From Raillietiella orientalis (lineage: Eukaryota), in contig JAYWIR010000014.1 of the NCBI GenBank assembly GCA_036172245.1, positions 2,542,001 to 2,606,000 on the forward strand: DNA of 64,000 nt, given 5' to 3'. The translations under genes were made by a program, and so were the position numbers. The notes beneath the pieces were generated by a model. It worked only from the letters and a program-made list of their open reading frames with translations. It had not been told where the DNA came from and did no database searches. Shown in pieces: positions 23,449-33,726 of this stretch. Numbering within the stretch: position 1 is the first letter of the stretch; each line of letters begins with the position of its first letter.

Positions 23449-26400
23449 TGCGACTTTTTTCGTTTTTTTTTAAAAAATAAAAATAAAAAATAGTCAGGAG
23501 AGGATCGCCTCCAAGAAGAAAGGAGGAGGAAGGGAAAAAGGGGGGTCATGCAGGGAACCTCCTCCGACTATCCCTGCCTCTCCTGATCTCCGCTTGCAAC
23601 GAGCGCCGCTGCCACCCGACACTCTTGCGGAGCAGGCAGGCTCCCCTCTTCGACTTCTCTTCAGGCAGAGGGCAAGGAGTTCCGCTTCCCCTCCCCCCCC
23701 CCCCTCTTCTCCTTCTCGGGATCTCTCCGACCCTAAGGAAACGGGCCATCAAGGGCATCCTCTCATCAGTCTCGCCCCACCCCCCTTCTTCCCTCCTTCT
23801 CGGAGGCGGCTGCCACGAAGACAGCTGTGGCGAGGGTTGCGTATCCGAACGCCGTCCTCGCCCCGTGATGCCGAAAGACTGGGGAAGGGGGAGACCCCTC
23901 TACCTTCTCAGGGATTCCCCTCCTCCTTTCCCCTCCTCTTCTCCCCTTCCAGGGATGGCCGCTTCCGGGCTCCCCGACTGCCGGGCGCACCGCAGCATCG
24001 CGACCCGAGCACCGCTCCCGGCAACCGGAACTGTTGGGAGGTGGGGCCTCTGGCGCGGCGCGGGCCGTACGCGTGCATCCGGGGGGGGTTCTCCCTCGTG
24101 CTCCGTCAACGCTCGTCCGCCTACGGAGCCTCAAGGAGAGCCGAGTGCCGCGTCACATGATCGCTGAGGGAAAGATCATCCCCCTCTTCCCGGCCGACTC
24201 CAGGAACCCGCGCTTCTTCCGGGGAGGCCGCTGCTCCGCCTCCCCAGTCCTTCCCTCGAACCGCGCCTCCTCCTGGTGGGATCGCTACAACGGCTCCTGG
24301 AGCGCGTCGAAATGTACCCGTCGAGTCCCCCTCCTCCCGCGGACGTTCCACGGCTCTTCCCTCCTCCCGCCCATCCCGCCGCGGCGAAAGTAACGTGCTT
24401 CGGGGGTGAGGGAGGGGGCACCGGGAGGCCCCCGGAACGCCCTGGTCGGCGCCGCCGAGAAGGAGACCCTCTCCTGGCACATGAGCTCCAGATGCTGCTG
24501 CTCTTTCCTTGCGACAATGAATCCGGGTCACCAGTCCTCTCCGGAGGGCGACTCGAGCGAGGCCGCTCTGAGGGCAGGAAGGGGAGGAAGGGAGCCGACG
24601 GTCCGGAAAGAGATGTCGCTCGCTCTCGGGAGGGGGACAGCTGAAAGAGCTCGGGGGACCTTCGGTGGCGCAGTCGTGCTGGCGCTCCCTCTCGCCGGTG
24701 GCTAGCGAGGCAGCTCTCTCGAGGGGAGGGATCCAGATGCAAACGCTTTCCTCCCCCGCTCCTTGCGAAGGCGAAGTGGCACCTCTTTCTCCACCCCAGT
24801 TCTAGAGGCACCGATCTGGGGAGGGGCGCCGGAAGCTGCCCGTGCTGCCAAGTCGAAGAGCCTGCCTTTCCTTTCATGATGATGGTGGGAGACGTTGAGA
24901 ATCCTTTAGGGGGATTCCCACTGCTTTCCTTCCAGCTAGTTTTTTTTTTGGGGGGGGGGTCTCAAGGAGTACAGGAGAACCGCTCGCCCACCTAGGGTGC
25001 GACCCTCACCACTCTAAGGGTCGCGAAGCCACAGTTTAACAGTGTCCACGCCACCCGAGAGTGCGCATCAGGAGAGGCAATAGGAGGCAACCCCGGAGGG
25101 GTCACTTCATGAACCCAGGGAGGCTTCGGAAGAAGGAGTCTGTTCCTCTCTGACTATTGGGAGGGAGACCTGAACTCCGAAGGGAACCTTCGCCCTGGCT
25201 GTCTCCGGAGGGACCTCCCGGCTTGTAGGGGTCGCCCCTCACTTCTCTGAAGAAACCCTTGGAGGGATGCTTCCCAATTTACCCTGAAGAGCGCTTCCCG
25301 AAGGGAGCAGCATGATTCTTACACTCTGGAGAGACCACTCCTGTGGGGGGTATCAACCAGCTCCATGGCACGGGATGAAGGGTCCACTCCCCAAGGTAAG
25401 GACGGATCCATTTTCACAATTGAAGGGAAGGGAACCGTCTCCTTCCTTGATGTCCTGGAATAACCCCGGAGAGTCAAATTCCAGTCTCGGCCAATCAATG
25501 GGGGTGCCCTGGGATTTTCGGCTTCCCCCATTGCCTCACCCAAAGTCAACTGCCCCACAGGGGTCAACCAGCGTCATCCTGCGGGGGGAAGAAGGAATTG
25601 AAACCCACTACACCCCTTCCCTTTCTCGGAGTCGATCCTTCTCCGGGTGGGGGATCCGAACCCTCAACACTTGGTGCCAATCGCGGAGAGACCTCAGCCA
25701 CACGACCGCCAAGGCGGACCTTTCTGCGGGAGTGCCGTGATGATGACTCTGCAGGGGACTTGCGCGGCGTCAGCTTCCGGAAGAGAAGAGCTTGGTTCTG
25801 GCAGACTTCAGATGAGCCGGTTCGTTCCCGCGGAGATCGCGCGGATAACCCAGTCTCCACAGTCTGAGGGGCCGTAGAGATTATGGCGGAAGATTTCGGA
25901 AATTTCCAAAGCGTCCATGGTGGTCCGCTCAGCAAAATCCCCCAGGAGCTCTGCAGTGTATGAGCGCGGGGAACACATCCGCGCGAGGTCACTCGTGCTT
26001 GGAAGCGTCAGTAACACCAGGGATGTATCTGCTGCGTGCGAGGTCGAAGCAACAGCGCTCACAGACACTTTCGAGCTTCCCTCCAGGCTGTATTTTACTG
26101 AGGGAGGAGGAGGGGGGCGCGAAAGATGGAAGACACGCAGTGCTGCCGGGGCATCGGGACGGGATGGTGAACGTGCCGATGGAGCCACCCGAAAAGAGAT
26201 CCTCCCGCTTGGAGATCAGAAAAAAGGGTCCATCTGAGTGCAGCATCCGACCTCTGCATTGACTGATCAGTCCGATTCCAGCTGTGGGGAAGTGGTCCTG
26301 AGTAAATGGAGGTGTCGCGGTGCGCCGAGCCGCTGCAAGATGCTGAGCTTCGAAGTACCGAAGATTCCACCCTCCCTTTTTTTCTTCCAGTAAATACATG

Positions 26401-29400
26401 ACCTCCATCTGCCCTGAGTCCTCGTCCACCTGGAGCGTGGAAGGGACTCCTGCATTCCTCTGATGTCGGTGAGACCATCTCGAGGACCGCCTTCCGGTGA
26501 AAAGGACAGATAACCTGCTACGGAAGTGAGAGCCAAGCAGCAGACTGTTTGGGTGATGCAGCTCCAGTCAAGTCCCCCTAGATCCATGACCTTTCTCTCG
26601 TCATCTCCGTGAGCCTCCGACCGAACGCCAACCAGAGCTCTGGAGATTATCAAGGCCAGTTCAGCGCACTTCAGCTTTACAGTTGATAAGCGTCATCTTT
26701 TGAAAAGCTTTGCAGATTGAAACGATCCTACTCATGGGAAAAGGCCAAGCCGCTGGCATCCATCCACGCAGGAGAAAGAGTCCTCTGGAAAACCTGACAC
26801 CGTTCCAAAACTCCTCTGAAAACGGGCAACGATCAGGAAGCAAGGGAAGGAAAGGATTATTTACTCCAGGACTCCTGACTGGTCGCTTCTCATCGAAGGT
26901 AATTTCATCGAATACAGAAGTTCCCGTGAGTACGAACTCATCCCTTATGCCGCAACAGTCCCTCCAGAAGGTGCCGCGGTTCGAGAGAAGGACTGGACAC
27001 GTGGTCCAGCCACGATGTACACGCTTGTTCCCACACCGAAAGGTCTGTGAAGGCGATTGTTCCGTAACTTGAGGAATGCTTTCGAGAACACCTGTAATTG
27101 GTTCCACTTTTCATTTTCATAGGCCTAGAAAGTTGTCCAGAAAGCCTTCTGATCAACCAGGATAAAAGAAAGCTTTTTCTCAGGTTTGAGACACCTGCTT
27201 CCAGCGTCGAGGTGTTTTGTCGACGAATATCTTTTAATCGCTAGGAACTCTGATTACCGAACAGGTTTCTAGCTTTCATTAGATTTGGAAAGCTTTCCTT
27301 CTTTTCTGGTGATTCTGAAGTATTGCCTTGGTCCAATTTGCAAAGTGCCCGTAACCACATGACCATTCTTTACAAAACGCCCTCAGATTCCATTCCTCAA
27401 ATGAAGTTTTGCTTCTGTAGTGGTTGAATGGCTGGTGTGTGGACATCGATCTTTTCCGAATATACTCTCTCTACTTTCCTCCCGATTTCCATGGAGCGAT
27501 GATCCTAGTTTTGCTGGAGGTGTGTTTATGTATACTTGTATTTTTAGTTTTGGAATCGGCTTCTTTCCTTCTCATTAACAAAGAAAATGAAGATCAGTCC
27601 TTGTCGTTCTTTTGCACTGCTCACATTAGTTGGGTTTTACTGTTCGTTGCCAGTTATTTCCAGTTGTAGAAGTTTCGACCTTTGTCTCAACCTGCATGTT
27701 GGACCTCGCGCTCATGTTTTTGATGGCCATTTTATGATTGACATTCCTTATCCATAGCTCGAACTGAGTTCTGATCTGTGCTCTAGTAATATATGCTTCA
27801 TTTCCTCATTATGTGTTTCAAAATTTGATCCATCTGTGGAAGTTATCGGTTATTCATTTTGAAGCGTTTAAATTTTTCAAAAATAATGTAAATACTAGAA
27901 TATTAGGATACAAATGTTTGAATATATTTAGAATGTGGATACTGCCACTTGAAAGTGTTTTTCTTCCTGTTTTTGTGTTTACGACCTCTTTATCTTTCTT
28001 TCTCAAACTCTTCAGATGGTTTTGGATCACTTCAACTTAATATAGGCATACTAGGCGTACATGGATGATGTATATTTTGAAGTTTGTATGGTTTGTTTGA
28101 AATGTTTGGATTTTGAGATCAGTTTTAAAAGGAAACAAATTGTTGATTAGGAATGCTTTGTCCACCTATATGGTGACTTAAAAGCATATCGATTCCCTGT
28201 AATTTAATTAAATTTAATTTGGGAATCAACTGAGGGTCAATGCGAGTTCTAATCTAGAAAAAAAAAATAGCATACAGTGGAGTGCTTTTCTTGTAAGCTA
28301 CTTGCAAAATTAGTTTTTAATGTAAAGCTCACTATGGAGTACCAACTTATAGAGGAAATTGGATATCATTAGAATATATAGCTGTATACCATCTGATTCT
28401 TAACTTTCTTGAGTGGATAATAGTCTGCTACCTAATTAGTATATCTAATTAAAAGATATGTGCTTGCTAATTGCTAGAAAACAGAGTGATCTTTGTTACA
28501 GAATCGTTTGCTGCTACTCATATCAATATCTGCAAAGAGAATTAAAAAAGAATTTGGATGGAACAGAAATTTTTTAATGCACAAATATCTATTTTGAACA
28601 GAGTGACTATGCGTCCACTTTAGAAAGTTTTGTTTGTTTTCCTGTTAGAAAAGTAGCCATACATAAAGTCAATTGACTTCCTATTCTTAGGTTATTCATG
28701 GATGTTTGTAGACAATTTTTTTTTATTGTATCGAAAGACTTACGATCCACCGTTGGGTATTTGAGAAGAATCCTTTGAAAATGGAAAACATATGCACTTA
28801 TTTTATAGTGATATAAAAAAATCCCAAATGATAAGTTTCTAATAAGCGCAATATCGCGAATTTCGTAGAATCGAAGTCAATGACTTTAAAATTCGAGAGT
28901 ACAGAAAAACCTTATCGGGTGTCGACTACAAAGAAAAGGAAGCTATGAAATGTAGGGTACAGCTCACTCAAATCTGATTAGCTATCGAATTCCTTTGGAT
29001 AATCACATTGATTTTGATAACATGTTCTCATTTCATTATTTCAAGATTGCCTTTTTTTTCTTTTTTAATCTGTGTAGAGTGGAGTTTTCTTAGTTACATA
29101 ACCTAACACTTCTGGAAGATTAAAAATTTCTCCATCACAAATTATATTATATAAAGCTTATTTTGTGTAAAATCTGTTAGTATTTCATCTTCTGTGATAT
29201 TCCTTTAATGATAATCACTAAGTTTAAAAATTGTTTCGAAAAACATTTTTGCTCTGGATGATTGCTTGGTAATCTGTTTACAAGCTGAATAATCTAATTA
29301 GGTGTGTATCCATGCCTTTTCTTTAATGGCTTATCGTTGATGTACTCGTAGAGAATTCCTTCGTTAGAAGTTCATGTGAACATGTAGTTGTATCCACTGT

Positions 29401-29460
29401 GTTATGATACAAAATAGACAAAAGAAGCTACTTGTGAGAGTCCGAGCTTTTTGATAAATG

Positions 29461-32400
29461 ATGCCGGGGAAAATAATGGTTAAGATTCTGGCAGGGAGGA
29501 ATTTGCCGGTAATGGATAAGACCAATGATACCACAGATGCATACGTAGAAATAAGATTTGGCAATGACATTCGTAAAACTGATATATTCAGGAAATCACT
29601 GAATCCTCAATGGAATTCTGACTGGTTTTTGTTTGAGGTTAAAAAAAATTGAAGAAACTTTCCTTTTATTGTACTAATACAATGTAGGCAGATGATTGGG
29701 AATTACAAGATGAACCCTTACAAATCAGGCTGATGGATTATGACACGTACTCTGCAAACAACTCAATAGGAAAAGTACATATAAATTTAAATCCACTTCT
29801 TCAAGCAGATTCATCCCATAGGCCTGTGTTAAAGGAAGATTTATCTGCGAGTAAGGCACACTGAATGATTTTAGCCTAATTATATCATTAAAATTTGAAA
29901 ATGACGAACGTTCTGAAATGGTAAATAACATGTAGGAACATCAGCATTTTCTGGGTGGATTCCTGTTTATGACACAATGAATGGAATTCGTGGAGAAGCC
30001 AATGTTATTGTAAGAGTTGAGTTTTTCAGTGATCTTAATCGATTTCGGGAATCATCGTGTGGCATCAGTTTCTTTTCTAGTGAGTCCATATTTTGATTAT
30101 GTATTTTTAACGTATTACAGCTTCAGCAGTCCCTCCTTGCTACCGATTGCAAGCTGCTCATGGTTTTGTGGAAGAATTAGTGGTGAATGATGATCCTGAG
30201 TACCAATGGATTGACAAAATTCGTACTCCAAGAGCATCAAATGAAGCAAGGCAAACCCTTTTTTTAAAACTGGCTGCAGAAGTTCAAAGGAAAATGGGAA
30301 TAAAAGTGTTGGAAATGGGAGGAAATGCTGTCTTGGGGTGAGACACCAACACTGCATCAGGCTTCCAATTTTTCCTTTCAAAGATATCGCATTTCTTTTG
30401 ATTTGGAAGGGGAATTTGGTATTGTTGTTCGTGGGTGTGGTTCAGCTGTCACCATCCAATGGATCAAGTCTAATGTAGGTGATGGAATTGAGTAAGTGAT
30501 CTTGAAAACTTGCATTGCATGGTAACTGTAATGTCATTGTAAAGGTTCATCTATATGTTTGTGAAAACTTTCATTTTTTGAATTTCCAGTCTAGATGTCT
30601 TAGGATTACCACCTCTTGCACAGCGAACTAGAAATAAGAGTACAGAATCTGCTATTGTAACTAACTTGCAGGGTTCATCAGGTTCTCAGGCCATCAGAAT
30701 CCCTGCTCCATTAGGACAGGAAATATTGGGAGAAAAGCTGGATCAGGTGCACAAAGGTAACACAAAGATGTATGCAAACATGAAGATTGACAATTAAATT
30801 TAGGTAGCTTTGGTTCATTTGAGCAGGCCCGATGTAATACTCAAAAGATGACTGACCTGTTGGATGGTCTTGAGTATCCCTTTTTTACCATGAATGCATT
30901 TCCTCCAGGATTCATTCATAATTTGGGTAGGTTAAATGAGAAGCTCTGAAAAAATAAATGTTATTAGCTGGCACTGTTAGTGCCAGTTCTGTGAAATTGT
31001 TGGATAAAATTAATCATCCAGAAGAGCCAGAAACTAGGGATTCCTGGTGGTCAGAACTACGGATAGAAATGCGTTCACATGGCAAAGCACTAGGATGCAA
31101 TGGAATACTGGGATATCACGAGCAAACTACGATTTGGTAAATGCATTCTCAGTTGTTGCAATGCATCAAGAAACTATAGTGATGGAATATGCATTCTTCG
31201 CTGTAGTGGCACAGCAGCTGTTATCAATAATGCATTCTGTGGATTAGACTTGGAAAGTGGAAACATGAACCAAATAGCATTAGGCATGGTGAGTGTTAGT
31301 GAAATGTGTTGAGTAATAAATAATGTTTGATTAAGGGATTCCCTTGCAATGTGTGCCATGTTCCCTATAATGAAACACAACCCCCATTTCCGGTAGTACT
31401 TAATCCGTGTGCTGTGTGCAGGTGAGATTCAACAAGATGATGTCCTCTAAAGTTTACAGGCATGGGCAAGTGCCAGACATCCTTTTAACCACCATTGAAG
31501 TGCCCTCTTGTTTGGAAGTGACTGGTCATGGCAGCTTAATCCAAGCTTATGTGTGTCGGTCTCGCCGTGAGTGTCGTGGAGAAACTGGGGCCAAAGATAT
31601 ATCGGACAGTTTGCCCTTTTTGGAGTATGATTTGCACAAACAACTATTAGCTCGTTTGAAAGCCAAATCCATGAATGCAGTGTTTGGGTTGACAGTGAGT
31701 AACCCATAACCAATGCACACATGCTGTTCTGCAGATCCAGATAGCACTGGGAGACCGTATGCTGGCAGCAGTGGCTACAGGAACTGCTGTGCGTTTGACT
31801 GCTTTGCCTCCTTCTGTGTTCCCTAGAAATGTTGTTAAAGACAGGGATATTGTCCAAATTGAGCAGAATGCTGGAGAAGAACTCAAATTCGGAACAACTC
31901 CAATGCTTCTCCCTGAGAGTAAACATGATTCTGAAATCCTGTCCACAAGTACTGCCAACGACCGGTTTATTTTAGAGGTGAGAGAAACTGAACAAAGTAC
32001 TGCATACAAGAACAGCTAGATGCGTATGAGGATGTGTCCACATTGAAAAGTCTTCTGGATGCTCCTACCTTCTTCCCATTTGAAACATCTAATTGTGAAC
32101 TGATTCCGGGTGCTGAAGGAGTCATTGAAAACCAAAAATCACAGTTCTTCTTGCAATTTTGGAGAGGGAAAATCGGCCTTCAATCGCAACAATTCAGCAC
32201 TTGTTTTGAGCAGCTCCTGTTGGGTCTGTTTTTCCGAATGCGACAGCTAGCACCTTGGGCCATCTCCAAACTACAGTATAGTGTATGCCTTCCTGAACAG
32301 GAGGAACTACAAATCATTCTTATGGGAACTGCCTTGAGGAAACCTTGTGACATGGTTTCACAATCAGAACCAGTATTCCAAATGGATGAAGATGATGCAC

Positions 32401-32869
32401 TTTCAGGGATCAAAGTAGAATTAGATTATTTAAATCAGCCATCTTTGAACCAAAAACCCCTGAAGCGTCAGTTTCAAGGCATTGAAATCACTTCCGCCAT
32501 TTTCTTACCAGGCCACCATATCAAACGTTATTTAGGATACCTCAATTTCTTTTTCATTCGTGAAAGTAACAACATTCGTGAGGTCAGCAGCTTTCATTTG
32601 ACAGTCATCAAATGTTGCTTTGTAGGAAGGGAGCCTTCACAATTTCACTCAAAAATTTTTGACTGAAGTTTTGGGAATAATAAGGGCTCATGTTGCAGCA
32701 CTGGGTGGCAATGCAATGGTAGCTTTGTCACTCTGTGCATACGAATTGCTGTATAATCCTTATCGTAATCAGGTAAGAACAGATCTTGGCGCATTGGATA
32801 ACAAACACATTTCAGGGACATTGCCTAATCAGTCTCAGTGGAGATGTAGTGCATGCAGTTTTGGAATGA
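29461..32869 (+). CDS. C2CD5: C2 domain-containing protein 5 (C2CD5/CDP138/KIAA0528); 15 exons: 29461-29637, 29688-29850, 29936-30079, 30121-30337, 30384-30491, 30590-30756, 30804-30926, 30968-31136, 31180-31288, 31336-31421, 31460-31694, 31735-31977, 32016-32582, 32626-32772, 32816-32869; 902 aa
   Basis: The spliced frame is continuous (2709 nt) and all introns are GT-AG. Motifs: MPGKIMVKILAGRNLPVMD, KSLNPQWNSDWF, LQDEPLQIR, GFVEELVVNDDPEYQWIDKIRTPRASNEARQ, EEPETRDSWWSELR, ISDSLPFLEYDLHKQL, LNFFFIRES, RAHVAALGGNA and CLISLSGD. A second in-frame ATG lies at 29458. Boundaries of the poorly conserved exons 6-7 are less certain. Confidence 0.93.
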
Positions 32870-32893
32870 AGCATAGCTACATCATTAGCACAT

Positions 32894-32899
32894 TTTATT
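32894..32899 (-). terminator. Candidate poly(A) signal (AATAAA) of the LITAF gene
   Basis: tttatt on the + strand, 51 nt past the LITAF stop, inside the 81-bp C2CD5/LITAF spacer. Confidence 0.55.
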
Positions 32900-32950
32900 G
32901 TGCACATTTTGGTGCCCCACAGCAAAGTCAAGTGGACAGGTTATCAAAGC

Positions 32951-33726
32951 TTACAATGAACGTTTAAAACTTCCCAAAAAAGCATTGCAGTTTGGGCAAT
33001 AGTGTTGTACATCCATGCAACTTGGAATGCAACAAGGAATCAAGCAACATCCTAACCAGCAGCTGAAAATTAGCAGCAATAAATCCTTCTTTTTTTTTTT
33101 ACATTCATCAACTAACCCAATTAGGCATAAAAAGCCACCAGAGAGAAATGCTAATATTCCTGGTTCCGTCTTAACTAAAGTATTGATTTCTGCATGGCAT
33201 GTTGGACAGACCATATGGGTTGAACTTGGTCCCAAAGGCACTACTGTGGTCAGAACTGGAGAAAGTACATAAGTTTTTTAAGAAATCTACAAAGTGTTTA
33301 AATGGGTTATTGGTAGTACATACTAGCTGGGAAAACAAAGCCAGCAGAACCGGGTACAGCATGCACTGGGGGAGGATTACATTTGTTATCAGCATAATTA
33401 GCACCTGTTCATAAAGGATGCATCCATGAGAGCATGCATTTGTAGTTAGAGGGTGATAGAGCATGTCATAAATATCATCAAACCAAAACAGAACTGAATA
33501 GCACACTTTCATGAATGTATCAAAATTGCAAAGTGCTAAATATTTTGAAGTTGCATATGTGTTGATCAGTGTGTAAACAATTACTGAGCACAATGGCATC
33601 ATGTCCAGCTGATCCATTAATACCTGTCTGATATGGTGAATGGTAGATGGGTGCAGAAGGAGGAACACCTCCTACAGCCTGCGAATAGGATGGAGGTGCT
33701 GCTGGTATCGGCCCACTCTTGTACAT
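32951..33726 (-). CDS. LITAF: LITAF/SIMPLE-family zinc-binding monotopic membrane protein; exons 33726-33624, 33404-33324 (81 nt, skippable in frame), 33255-33117, 33062-32951; 144 aa (117 aa without exon 2)
   Basis: Pro-rich N-terminus with PPSY and PSAP motifs (MYKSGPIPAAPPSYSQAVGGVPPSAP), then LGPSSTHMVCPTCHAEI, a hydrophobic GGFLCLIGCWLGCCLIPCC segment and DVQHYCPNC (the CxxC...HxCxxC pair). Confidence 0.88.
33078..33083 (+). terminator. Candidate poly(A) signal (AATAAA) of C2CD5, located inside the last LITAF intron
   Basis: First canonical AATAAA on the + strand after the C2CD5 stop, followed closely by a T-rich tract (33087-33100). Confidence 0.4.

Noticed and set aside
11200..27010. 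CACGTG E-boxes upstream of the circadian gene nocturnin (for example 12615, 14300, 17882, 20329, 22628)
   Set aside because: The count is about what chance predicts in 15 kb of CpG-rich DNA, and the sites are not clustered at the candidate promoters.
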